A DNA stretch of 64,000 nucleotides from Minisyncoccota bacterium. GTDB lineage: Bacteria > Patescibacteriota > Minisyncoccia > Phycocordibacterales > Phycocordibacteraceae. Location: NCBI GenBank assembly GCA_039927695.1, contig JBDSUM010000007.1, positions 11,700 through 75,699 of the forward strand. Direction: 5' to 3'. Shown piece by piece: positions 9,799 to 18,273 of this stretch (within the stretch, counting starts at the first letter, position 1; every line of letters begins with the position of its first letter). The position numbers were made by a program, and so were the translations under genes. The notes beneath the pieces are model-generated. The model was given only the letters and a program-made list of their open reading frames with translations, was not told where the DNA came from and ran no database searches.

Positions 9799-10422
9799 AT
9801 GAAGAAACATCGCACAACCTATAAGTTTTACTTGTTATTCACGCTAATCACTATTGGCCCCGCAACGTGGGTCGCTGGAAAAGTCGGAGAGATAATGTCT
9901 CTTGCGATCAACTCAAATAATCCACTGCTTGCATGGGGTGTCGTCCAACCACCTACGGTAGTGCTTGTTCTTGGTATATTCTTCCTCATCTACGAACGCT
10001 GGATTTGGAAGACTCCGCCATTCTCATGGATTCACTTCCCGTACCTTGGTGGCCGATATGAAGGCTCAGTAGTATCTAGCTACGATAACGGAGAATATCC
10101 TGTCGTGCTTGAAGTGCGACAGAGCCTACTTACAACCTTGGTTTGTCTCTACACGCCTCGGTCGGCTTCGTATAGCATTACTGCAGATGTCGGCACGAAT
10201 GAAAACGAAAATGAGTCCCTTGCTTACATTTACCGCAATACGCCTCGAACCGTAACCGATAATCTGGATATGACTTCTCATTACGGTATGGCCGTTCTGG
10301 AATATTTTGGCGATACATCTTCGCTCAAAGGTTTCTACTTCAATGACCCAAGGGATCGCGGCCGTCACGGCACTCTTGAGTGTAAGCGTGTTAGTCGTCA
10401 ACGTAAGAAGCGTTTTGAGTAA
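9799..10422 (+). CDS. cap15: CBASS Cap15-like effector (2 TM helices plus beta-barrel)
   Basis: Two TM helices, then W.W...P.LGG.YEG...SSY, EVRQ, YIYRNTP, HYG, GFYF; starts 1 bp after the CD-NTase stop. Confidence 0.85.
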   Translation: MKKHRTTYKFYLLFTLITIGPATWVAGKVGEIMSLAINSNNPLLAWGVVQPPTVVLVLGIFFLIYERWIWKTPPFSWIHFPYLGGRYEGSVVSSYDNGEYPVVLEVRQSLLTTLVCLYTPRSASYSITADVGTNENENESLAYIYRNTPRTVTDNLDMTSHYGMAVLEYFGDTSSLKGFYFNDPRDRGRHGTLECKRVSRQRKKRFE

Positions 10423-10427
10423 TTAAG

Positions 10428-10835
10428 ATGAATACCGCCCCCTCGCCATTCGGACCAGATTACATAAAGCAGACGGTAGATCTGCTTACTACCGGTATTA
10501 CTCAAGCGACTGCCCATGACTATCGGATAGGATGGGATATTCTTCTCTCATTCCTCGCACACCATTGGCTCGGAACTCTTGGGGTACTGCTGGCTATCCT
10601 CGCGTATGCAGTACTTAGATATCTAATCACGGGACGATGGCGGGTACTTGGAAGTGTCCTCTATAACTATGTCTACTTTTTCATTATGTTCCTTATAGGA
10701 CTGATAGGAGGACCGGAACTTTACGCGAACGATTACTTCCCAATAATCGCTACTATTGTTTATGTAGTCTCATTCACTGTAGTTGGATTTATCCTTTTAA
10801 CTACAGGCGTACGCTCGCCATACGGAAGAAGGTGA
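10428..10835 (+). CDS. Small multi-pass membrane protein
   Basis: About 3 hydrophobic helices. Confidence 0.7.
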   Translation: MNTAPSPFGPDYIKQTVDLLTTGITQATAHDYRIGWDILLSFLAHHWLGTLGVLLAILAYAVLRYLITGRWRVLGSVLYNYVYFFIMFLIGLIGGPELYANDYFPIIATIVYVVSFTVVGFILLTTGVRSPYGRR

Positions 10836-10908
10836 CAGTGCGATGTAACTATTTATGTGACACTCAAAACCTCGTTCCTGTGTCACTTTTGTAACTTTCC
10901 TAGGTGCA

Positions 10909-10996
10909 CGAGACGCGTCGTTTTGAATTTTGAAAACTCACCAAACGGACTAAGCAGGGCTTGATTCTATACGGTTCGAACTCGAGACGGCCAGCA
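10909..10996 (+). repeat. Family A right-end (att) motif ending in a tRNA-Gln-like 3' end
   Basis: CGAGACGCGTC, then GGGCTTG at +48 and GTTCGAA at +65, ending AGACGGCCAGCA; same offsets at 25891-25978. Confidence 0.75.
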
Positions 10997-12449
10997 AAGT
11001 TTCAAAATCAGCATTTTTAGGTGTTAGTGCGAGTAGGTTGTATGGGCTTTTGAATTGTATCTGCGCCATATTTCCATTTTCAATGGTCATGTTCGAAAGT
11101 AGTTTTTGAAGCATTTCTCGCTTTTCTACATCATCAACAAGCAAATACTTTTCTGCGGCTCTACTGCCTTCTATAAACACGTTTTGTATTTGTTCGAAAG
11201 TTACAGCGGCTACTCCATTTTTTGATTCAATTTCGTCTATTTGTTTCTGAAGTTCAACTCGTTTATTAGCTATCTCCTGCATCTTTTCTTGAAAGAGTTC
11301 TTTGCGGATTAAGCCAGAGCCAAAGCCATCAGTGAGACGAGATTCTGCTTCGGAAAGGGAAGCAAGTTCTTTGTTTAAGTTCTCTCGAGCAGAAGCGACA
11401 TAGTCAGTCTTTGTTTGGTAGCGAGTTTTGTATGCTTCACCGCAAATGGAAATAAGCTCCTCATCAAATTTAAGTTCAAGGAACATTTTTGAAAGGAGGG
11501 TATCTATTGCTTCAGAGCGTATGTATTTCTTTTTTTGATCACAACCCTGTTTACCGTTCGTACAATAGTAATACTGATGCCCACGCTGAGTATCGGCAGT
11601 AATGGCGCAACCACAGGATTCGCACCGAAGGTATCCTCGAGCAGAGTAGAAATTTCTTTTAGGCCGTGGGTGCTTACGAGCATGGAGGATGTCATCACAT
11701 GTATTAAAGAGCGAAACTGAAACGATAGCTTTATGTTTCCCAGGGTATACAACGCCATCTCGCTCCATGAGTCCGCAATAGAACTTATTTATAAAGAAGC
11801 GATGTATCTGATTCTTGAATACCTTTCCTCCCGTACGAGTTCGAAGACCTTCCTCATACAAGACCTCTACGATTTGTTGAAGCGTGTAGCCACCAGTCGC
11901 ATAGAGATTAAAAGCACGTACTACATACGGAGATAATTTCTTATCAATTTTGATACTCTTAGTTGCTTTATCATTTAGATATCCAAATGGTGCATGATTC
12001 GGCCATTCTCCCCGAGCTAACTTTTCTCGATTACCACGCTTCACTAGTTCGCTTAGATCACGAACGTACTGCGTAGCCATTGCTTGTTCAATACTCATGA
12101 GAAGAACATTGTCAGAAGGACTATAGTTCCGATCAAAAGTGCGGATGTTCTTTATGTTCCCATTCTGTAGAAGCCATTGAATTTGTCCGCCATCTACAGG
12201 GTTGCGAGTAAGGCGATCAACTTTCCAGCATAGAATAGCATCAGCTTTTCCTTTAGAAATATCTTTAAGCATTTGGTTAAAGATAGGGCGACCAGGTTCT
12301 TTAGCAGAACGACTTTCTCGAAGAGTGGAGACAATTTCTAATCCTTCTCGTTTAGCAACACCAATAAGTTCACGTTCTTGAGATTCAAGCGAAAGAACCT
12401 GCTTGTCTTCAGTATCAGTAGACTTACGGCAATAGAGGATGTACTTCAT
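10950..12449 (-). CDS. Large serine recombinase, family B; 3' end runs through the att core
   Basis: YCRKS, DRLTRN, CESCG...YYYC zinc ribbon, coiled coil; terminal LLAV codons are the reverse complement of GACGGCCAGCAA. Confidence 0.95.
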   Translation of the reverse strand: MKYILYCRKSTDTEDKQVLSLESQERELIGVAKREGLEIVSTLRESRSAKEPGRPIFNQMLKDISKGKADAILCWKVDRLTRNPVDGGQIQWLLQNGNIKNIRTFDRNYSPSDNVLLMSIEQAMATQYVRDLSELVKRGNREKLARGEWPNHAPFGYLNDKATKSIKIDKKLSPYVVRAFNLYATGGYTLQQIVEVLYEEGLRTRTGGKVFKNQIHRFFINKFYCGLMERDGVVYPGKHKAIVSVSLFNTCDDILHARKHPRPKRNFYSARGYLRCESCGCAITADTQRGHQYYYCTNGKQGCDQKKKYIRSEAIDTLLSKMFLELKFDEELISICGEAYKTRYQTKTDYVASARENLNKELASLSEAESRLTDGFGSGLIRKELFQEKMQEIANKRVELQKQIDEIESKNGVAAVTFEQIQNVFIEGSRAAEKYLLVDDVEKREMLQKLLSNMTIENGNMAQIQFKSPYNLLALTPKNADFETLLAVSSSNRIESSPA

Positions 12450-13216
12450 GGTGAGAGAATGTCTTCAAGAGGGTCGTAGTCGGGCTTAGGCAAAATGTAC
12501 GTCTTCTTAGTCATATTGCCAAGAAAGTCATGTTTCGTTTCCCATTCTTTTACAGGTTCACGTTCTAAGAACGCATACTTAAGCTGTTCAGCATGTTCTC
12601 CGCGAATAATCGTTTCTTTAGGGAACCCGTGCGATATACGAAGGAGTCTCATAGCAGTAAACATTATTTCTCCACCGCATTTGGTGAGGTATTTGGCCAG
12701 ATAACCTGCCAGTGCTGGAGAACCGTCAGTTTGGAGGACATCAACGAAACCCTCTCCCCAAAGGGTAGCCAAGGTTCTCGTTTGGCGTTCCGTCCCGTCT
12801 TGAAGTCGGCGTTTACCTTGGCGCGTATCTCCGAGATGCAATGGCACGTTAAAGAGAAGCCCATGAAAGTGGATTCGACCTCGAGGGGAGAGTTCAGGAA
12901 TAAAGAGGGATTGCGCACCAGGAAATTTACGGCGCAACCGCACTTGGAAGTCGCGTAGGGAATCGTTTGCGTATGAAGCATCGGAAGCGTCTCCAGCGAA
13001 GGTGAAGGTAGCCAGGAGCGGCACCCCAAATAGCGCAATGCCAGCATGCACCCTCCGCACACATATTTGTGCGGTTCGGCGAAGATTATCGGATCGCCTA
13101 GGTTGGTGTACAAAATCCCTCTCTCGAGGACGACGTAGCCGTACTTTGGGGGCAGGCGTTTTCTCGAATTCAGTGATTTCAACGACTTGACCATATTTCT
13201 TGAAGACAACGGGCAT
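12446..13216 (-). CDS. rep: HUH rolling-circle replication initiator (two-tyrosine YxxKY type)
   Basis: Motif I LATFTF, motif II IHFHGLL, motif III YLAKY; stop overlaps the LSR start; ATG 13216 or GTG 13228. Confidence 0.85.
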   Translation of the reverse strand: MPVVFKKYGQVVEITEFEKTPAPKVRLRRPRERDFVHQPRRSDNLRRTAQICVRRVHAGIALFGVPLLATFTFAGDASDASYANDSLRDFQVRLRRKFPGAQSLFIPELSPRGRIHFHGLLFNVPLHLGDTRQGKRRLQDGTERQTRTLATLWGEGFVDVLQTDGSPALAGYLAKYLTKCGGEIMFTAMRLLRISHGFPKETIIRGEHAEQLKYAFLEREPVKEWETKHDFLGNMTKKTYILPKPDYDPLEDILSP

Positions 13217-13227
13217 GTTTAAAATCA

Positions 13228-13464
13228 CTAACTGTGAGGGGATATCAAGTCAGGCGCTGGCGCGCCTGCCCCCTCGTCGCTTAAGCGAGCGTCGGTGTCA
13301 GGCGCAACCCCGCGCTCCCCACAAGCCGCAAAAACCGCCATGGACGAATAGAGTTCAGCAAATTGACCCAGATACTCATCTGCGGTCTCATCGCTAATCT
13401 CAAGCCCCAGACGGGCTGAGAAGTAGCGCTTAGTTCGATCAATTAAATGCTCGGTAAATTCCAT
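13228..13464 (-). CDS. Small hypothetical protein upstream of rep
   Basis: 78-aa ORF abutting rep; GC-rich 3' part contains the candidate origin. Confidence 0.6.
   Translation of the reverse strand: MEFTEHLIDRTKRYFSARLGLEISDETADEYLGQFAELYSSMAVFAACGERGVAPDTDARLSDEGAGAPAPDLISPHS
13241..13268 (-). other. Candidate double-strand origin (nick site CTTG/ATA) with adjacent hairpin
   Basis: Minus strand reads GCGCCTGACTTGATATC, matching the phiX174/pC194 CTTG/ATA nick motif; hairpin CAGGCGC-N4-GCGCCTG at 13251-13268. Confidence 0.6.
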
Positions 13465-13800
13465 AGTGGTTTGAATGGGCGCAGTGGTGGAACTCCTCAG
13501 GAAATAGAAAACGCCCTTTTGGGGCGTAATGAATGCCTGTATTTTCGACCTAAAAGCAAAAAGCCGGCTGGTTGCCGGGCTACTCCTATATTTTTATATG
13601 CTTATTGTTGTGGTTTTTATTAGATTTCTTCTTAATTTGAATGTTTTGTTGGGTTTATTTTATTTATCTGTGCTTCCTACCAGCATATAACCAGTGCCCA
13701 AATCAAAAGGTTGCACCCCCGTGTGGTGTAATTTGACGAATAATTCGATAATACACAACTCACTCTCTTCGAAGATTAATATATGCTACGGTGAAAAGAA

Positions 13801-14208
13801 ATGAAGATTCCCCGCAGTACGATTATTGTCACACTACTAATACTTATAATTTCTTGTTATGTCCTTTACGAATTCCATTCGTGGATTTCTGGAATAGAAA
13901 ATAATCCCTCATCTGTTTCAGCCGAAGAACTTGTCTCTTATGTGTCAATCAAGGAACTAAAAACACAAATAGCTCTCGATAAATACCGAACAGAAGAAGG
14001 TGCCTATCCGAAGACATTAGCGGAACTTATACCAAGATATTTAAAAGAAATTTCCAATACTCCTGTTAAAGAAGTAAACGTATCGTATGAAAGAGTAAGC
14101 ACTACTTCATATAAGCTTTGTATGAAGCTCTCCACAGGCAGTGTCTCTTGTGGTAGCGAAAGTGCTACTATGGAAGGAAAGACTTTTAATAGCTATTCAA
14201 ATCCATGA
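13801..14208 (+). CDS. Exported protein with N-terminal TM, loosely GspG/pilin-like
   Basis: N-terminal hydrophobic helix; Y...G.YP.TL.EL.P.YL pattern; C-terminal Cys pair. Confidence 0.65.
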   Translation: MKIPRSTIIVTLLILIISCYVLYEFHSWISGIENNPSSVSAEELVSYVSIKELKTQIALDKYRTEEGAYPKTLAELIPRYLKEISNTPVKEVNVSYERVSTTSYKLCMKLSTGSVSCGSESATMEGKTFNSYSNP

Positions 14209-14738
14209 AAGAATCAAGCACTTCACTCAGATTGTTCTTTGGAGCAATCGCAGTTTTATATCTCATATCATTTGGTTTCTTCAGTCTTGCTATGAGCTTT
14301 ATCGGACTCGGTGGGGAATATCTTTTCGGATCTGTGAGCGCAATAATGGGCTTTCTGGTAGGTATAATAGAAGCGATTATTTTGCTTTATTTCGCCATTA
14401 CTCTTCCCAAATACCTAAATGCAGAAAAGGTTAAATATGTGAAATGGTTCCTAATAATTTCCTTCTTGCTTGCGCTTATACCAGGAATTAGTAGTTGGGT
14501 CATGAGCCAAACAGCACCCAATATAATCAGTATTGTAGTTAGTGCGCTTGTGACCTGGTACCTATTTCATAATGTCTCCCGCCTTTCTCGGCCTGTGCCA
14601 GTAAGCGAGCCAGTGCCCGCGCAGATGGGCCCGCAGCCAACAGGCATAAAGAAAAGAATTTCTGGTGGTACGGCTTTTATTATTATCTTGGCGGTCATCG
14701 CTGTTGCAGTTATTGGGTTAATTTTTGCAGGGCAATAG
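14205..14738 (+). CDS. Integral membrane protein
   Basis: About 5 TM helices; 4-nt overlap with the upstream gene. Confidence 0.75.
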   Translation: MKESSTSLRLFFGAIAVLYLISFGFFSLAMSFIGLGGEYLFGSVSAIMGFLVGIIEAIILLYFAITLPKYLNAEKVKYVKWFLIISFLLALIPGISSWVMSQTAPNIISIVVSALVTWYLFHNVSRLSRPVPVSEPVPAQMGPQPTGIKKRISGGTAFIIILAVIAVAVIGLIFAGQ

Positions 14739-14759
14739 TTATGTTGCTGGAATCAGTAC

Positions 14760-15176
14760 CTATTTATTAAAGAGTTTCCAAAACGGTTGAGCATCAATCC
14801 ATTTTTGAGTCTCGAAATCAATATCATCTAAGTAGGACTCATTACTACTACACGATTCCCAAGAAAACATAGTAGATCGCGTATATACATTTCTTACCCA
14901 ATAGTGGCCTAGATTACTACATAGAATATTTTGATAACACGAAACTGCAATCAATATTAATGCAAGACCAATAGATGTAAAAAGCACTGATTTTAATTTA
15001 GAGAACTTCTTTTTATTCAGGTAAGCGTACAGCGAGGAGAAAATTCCAAATGCCAGAATTATTGGCCACCATTTTGCAAAATATGTTGTAGAGCCTGGCG
15101 CGCTAATGAATACAATAGCAAGAATTACTAAAAGAACTCCCGGAAGCGCTTTTAGAGGAATTTTGACCGTTTCCAT
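14760..15176 (-). CDS. Membrane protein
   Basis: 3 TM helices followed by a Cys-containing tail. Confidence 0.7.
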   Translation of the reverse strand: METVKIPLKALPGVLLVILAIVFISAPGSTTYFAKWWPIILAFGIFSSLYAYLNKKKFSKLKSVLFTSIGLALILIAVSCYQNILCSNLGHYWVRNVYTRSTMFSWESCSSNESYLDDIDFETQKWIDAQPFWKLFNK

Positions 15177-15238
15177 CTAAACAATATAGCGCATCATTAT
15201 CTCAGATTTTAACTTCAATGAACAACCTACTTAAATTT

Positions 15239-15260
15239 GTTCGAATATCGTCCCAGACGG
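15239..15260 (+). repeat. Cassette att repeat, copy 1
   Basis: GTTCGAATATCGTCCCAGACGG. Confidence 0.9.
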
Positions 15261-15357
15261 TGCTATGGTGGTGACCGCCACGCTGTTCGTCTCATATTTT
15301 AAATTCAAAAAGTGGGTATAAGAAAGCTCCACTCACACTTCTAAAAGTGATAAATTA

Positions 15358-15379
15358 GTTCGGATATTGTCCTGGACGA
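15358..15379 (+). repeat. Cassette att repeat, copy 2 (degenerate)
   Basis: GTTCGGATATTGTCCTGGACGA. Confidence 0.7.
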
Positions 15380-15471
15380 TCTTGAATTGACTTATTCTGT
15401 ATTTAATATATAAAGTAATAGGAATTTAACCTGGTTCTTTGATAGAACCATAGCTGAGAAAGGAACCTCAA

Positions 15472-16539
15472 ATGCCCAGAATATGGACCGCTGAGGCCGT
15501 TGTCTCAGCGATTAAAACACTTCAAGATAATGGAGAGGCTCTTGATCTAACCTCAATCAACCAAGCTCACCGAAATCTACTTTGGGCTGCTACGAAATAT
15601 CATGGTACCTGGAGAAAGGCTGTTGAGGCATGTGGGATTGAATATTCATCAGTCTCACGAATTGCAATTGATCGCCAGTCCTGGGATAAGGAAAAGATAA
15701 TTGCGACACTGAAGAGTTTGTACGAACAGGGTCTTCCCTTGAATTCCAATTACGTACAGACAAAGCAACAACGTCTCTTTGGTGCTGCAACTAAATATTT
15801 CGGTGGTTGGCCTCAAACAGTGGAAGCTGCTGGTCTGAATTATGACAGGTTGCGAAAGGTAAAACTGCGCAACTGGTCCATAGAAGTAATCATTGAAGCA
15901 GTCATACATAGAGCACACTCCGAGAAATCGATAAGTGGGGCTGTTGTCTATGAAGAAGATAGAGGTCTATATCAAGCAGCTAAAAGACACTTGGGTAAAG
16001 GTGGTTGGGCTAAGGCACGAGTACTTGCAGGTTTCGCTCCAATCGATCCAGATCCCAAAAGGAAATGGACTGAAAAGAGTGTGACTGAAGAGATTCAGCG
16101 TCTTCATGCAAATGGAGTACAGCTTTACACCCAAGCCCTACAACGGAGCGAATTCAGTTATATTCTTGCAGCTGGTCGGAAAGTATTCGGAACATGGGCA
16201 TGCGCAATTGAACGCGCTAGCTTAAATTACGCTGAAATTCGAAAGGGCCGCAAGAACTTCTGGACACGTGAAGAAGTACTCCGAGGAATTAAAGGTCTTG
16301 AGGCGCAAGGTGTCCGCCTTAGTTTAAAGGAAGTAAGAGTTGGTCGTAGTGGTCTTATTGCAGCTGCGATAAAGTATTTCGGTTGCTGGAGTCAAGCGGT
16401 GGAAGCCGCAGGAATTCAGTACCGTTTACATTGCCAGACCTGGTCAACAAAAGCATGGCTGCGTCGCATGCATGTAGATGAATACAACGCGACTCTTGAA
16501 ACTTCACGAACACTTGCTAAGAAAAGGAGAATGCAATGA
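15472..16539 (+). CDS. Tandem-repeat helical protein (five repeats of about 63 aa), probably DNA-binding
   Basis: Repeated W..E.I...I..L...G...L..AA.KYFG.W..AVEAAG..Y units. Confidence 0.8.
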   Translation: MPRIWTAEAVVSAIKTLQDNGEALDLTSINQAHRNLLWAATKYHGTWRKAVEACGIEYSSVSRIAIDRQSWDKEKIIATLKSLYEQGLPLNSNYVQTKQQRLFGAATKYFGGWPQTVEAAGLNYDRLRKVKLRNWSIEVIIEAVIHRAHSEKSISGAVVYEEDRGLYQAAKRHLGKGGWAKARVLAGFAPIDPDPKRKWTEKSVTEEIQRLHANGVQLYTQALQRSEFSYILAAGRKVFGTWACAIERASLNYAEIRKGRKNFWTREEVLRGIKGLEAQGVRLSLKEVRVGRSGLIAAAIKYFGCWSQAVEAAGIQYRLHCQTWSTKAWLRRMHVDEYNATLETSRTLAKKRRMQ

Positions 16540-17582
16540 GTATTTCAGCTATCACTAAGCACGGGTTCAAGTTGATTCCGGTTGCTGATATCCAAGAAAC
16601 TGTGGTGCAACTTCGCACCCATTATGCCAATGAGCCTCTTCAAGAACTGGGCAATTCTCTCGAAGATGATGGACTACTTCAGCCCATTGTCGTTGCCCCT
16701 GGTGATGAATTCAAATTCGAACTCATTATCGGCTCACGCCGTCTTCGGGCAGCACGTCATAAGGGTATGGAAGAAATTCCAGCCCTCGTGATTGAGGAGA
16801 CCAGTCCTCTGAATTATCTGCTGATTGCACTCGGCGAGAACCTTCATCGAGAAGACCTGAATCCATTTGAGGAGGCACACGCGTTCCTCCGTCTTATGAA
16901 GGATTACGGGCTTGGTGTGCAGGAAGTAGCCGTAAGAACGCATAAGGGCGAAGCGTTCGTTCGGAAGCGGATGGAATTGCTCAGTATGCCTGAGAATGTT
17001 CAGGCAATGATTGCTGAGAAGAAACTCGCCCTCCACTTCGTCCAAGCACTTGCTCGTTTGCCTACGGGTGAACAACAAGTGTATTACGCGCAGAAAGCTC
17101 TCTCTGAGGGTCTGTCAATCAGCGAGCTTCGGCAGTTGATTACAAGTGACGCGGGCGAGATGGCACCAAGAACAAAGCGGGATTTCTCCGCTGATAAAGT
17201 TCGTGTTCGTATCGATATGTTCGCTCGCTGGATGAAGCGACTCTCGGCGAACAGTGCCTTCAACAGAAGCCTCAATGCAGAAGAACGGGCTGCACTCGCG
17301 CGATCTGTCCAATCTCTGGATGGAGAGCTACGTGTTGCTCGTTCGGTGTTTGGCGAGTGGGTAGGTCGCACACCTGTGCGCTCGATCCCCAATCTGAGCA
17401 ATATCGTTGATGATCCCGATAACCATGGTGACCAGTGGTCACTGCGGCATATCGAAATGATTACCGCCAACGATCGCCCTTCTGACGATATGCTTGCAAC
17501 CAAGCTCGGCAGAAGTGTTGCTGCTATTCGTGGTATGCGATCCAAGATGCAAAGAGAAAGGAAGGATCGAAAAACCGGGTAA
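16536..17582 (+). CDS. ParB/RepB/Spo0J-family protein with C-terminal extension
   Basis: GLLQPIVV, IIGSRRLRA, ENLHREDLNPFEEA, HTH; overlaps the upstream gene. Confidence 0.92.
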   Translation: MSISAITKHGFKLIPVADIQETVVQLRTHYANEPLQELGNSLEDDGLLQPIVVAPGDEFKFELIIGSRRLRAARHKGMEEIPALVIEETSPLNYLLIALGENLHREDLNPFEEAHAFLRLMKDYGLGVQEVAVRTHKGEAFVRKRMELLSMPENVQAMIAEKKLALHFVQALARLPTGEQQVYYAQKALSEGLSISELRQLITSDAGEMAPRTKRDFSADKVRVRIDMFARWMKRLSANSAFNRSLNAEERAALARSVQSLDGELRVARSVFGEWVGRTPVRSIPNLSNIVDDPDNHGDQWSLRHIEMITANDRPSDDMLATKLGRSVAAIRGMRSKMQRERKDRKTG

Positions 17583-17605
17583 TACCGGAATATCGATCTC
17601 AACCT

Positions 17606-17637
17606 TAGACCCCTCCAAAAAGAGGGGTCTATTTTTT
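17606..17637 (+). terminator. Intrinsic terminator
   Basis: TAGACCCCTC-loop-GAGGGGTCTA followed by a T run. Confidence 0.8.
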
Positions 17638-17667
17638 ATATATTGTGTTATCCTGTTTACAGACAAG

Positions 17668-17768
17668 ACATCAAGAGCATAGAGGTGCAAAGGGTTCTGG
17701 CCCAATACTCTATCCGCAACCTGCCTATAATCGGTAAGGTGCGAATTCCAGCCCGTAAGGGAAGATGT
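17668..17768 (+). ncRNA. SAM-I (S-box) riboswitch aptamer
   Basis: Consensus blocks in order: ATCAAGAG, AGGG..TGGCCC, GCAACC, AAGGTGC.AATTCC.GC, GAAGAT; P1 ACATC/GATGT. Confidence 0.85.
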
Positions 17769-17784
17769 AACCAACCGAACAGAC

Positions 17785-17809
17785 GGCCATCTCCCGGAGG
17801 TGGTCTTTT
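17785..17809 (+). terminator. Riboswitch expression-platform terminator
   Basis: GGCCATCTCC/GGAGGTGGTC stem followed by TTTT, between the aptamer and the RBS. Confidence 0.7.
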
Positions 17810-17831
17810 GTCCTTTATAAGGAGAAGTATC

Positions 17832-18224
17832 GTGACTGGTCATATTAAAATTATTGATCTGGAAAATGACCTTATTCCCGAGCTGGGAAATAAGAAAGAT
17901 ACCTTTCGTTCCAAGCAGGTATTTCGTTGCCCAGTATGTACATCGCTAACGAACAATATTGAAATTCGTGGCGGTTTTAAAGGTTGGCGCGCAAGCCCAT
18001 TTCCTATATGTCCGCATAGGGAACAGGAATGGCACGTCTTACTTAGAGTAAAGATTCGGCTTTCAGACCCTGCTCATCCCGTTTCTTACAGAAAGGAGCT
18101 TGAAGTTGAAATTGATTCATTAAGGTTAAACGCCAAGGATGATATATCGGGATCAGCAGATCTTTCATGTGAGAGGAAATTTCCCGCTACAAAGCTCATC
18201 ATAGAAGATAGAGGATATGACTAG
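17832..18224 (+). CDS. Hypothetical protein with CxxC...CxH putative metal site, downstream of the SAM-I riboswitch
   Basis: GTG 17832 after an AAGGAG RBS, in frame with track ORF 17643; CPVC and CPH motifs. Confidence 0.7.
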   Translation: MTGHIKIIDLENDLIPELGNKKDTFRSKQVFRCPVCTSLTNNIEIRGGFKGWRASPFPICPHREQEWHVLLRVKIRLSDPAHPVSYRKELEVEIDSLRLNAKDDISGSADLSCERKFPATKLIIEDRGYD

Positions 18225-18225
18225 T

Positions 18226-18251
18226 ACAAGGGGGTCAATTGACCCCCTTGT
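18226..18251. terminator. Perfect 26-bp palindrome, terminator-like
   Basis: ACAAGGGGGTCAATTGACCCCCTTGT. Confidence 0.7.
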
Positions 18252-18273
18252 TTATTAATAGATAGCTAGATTT

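Larger units (their letters stand above)
1..10996. mobile_element. Family A LSR integrative element A1 (terminase-bearing, CBASS cargo); left end outside window
   Basis: LSR, TerL, TerS, ParB-MTase and CBASS; ends at a conserved 88-bp end motif (10909-10996) that also occurs at 25891-25978. Confidence 0.65.
10985..15260. mobile_element. Family B mini integrative element (LSR, rolling-circle Rep, candidate dso, 3 membrane/exported cargo genes)
   Basis: Bounded by AGACGG cores at 10985 and 15255; overlapping small ORF-rep-LSR operon. Confidence 0.7.

Noticed and set aside
12446-15176. Inovirus prophage
   Set aside because: No Zot/pI ATPase or small major-coat-like genes are seen, and the cargo genes are not co-oriented with rep
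17584-17604. Possible extra att copy (CCGGAATATCGATCTCAACC) after parB
   Set aside because: Only GAATATCG matches and a gap is needed; too weak to call without a PWM
17643-17831. N-terminal part of track ORF 17643-18224
   Set aside because: This stretch is the riboswitch and terminator; the RBS points to GTG 17832
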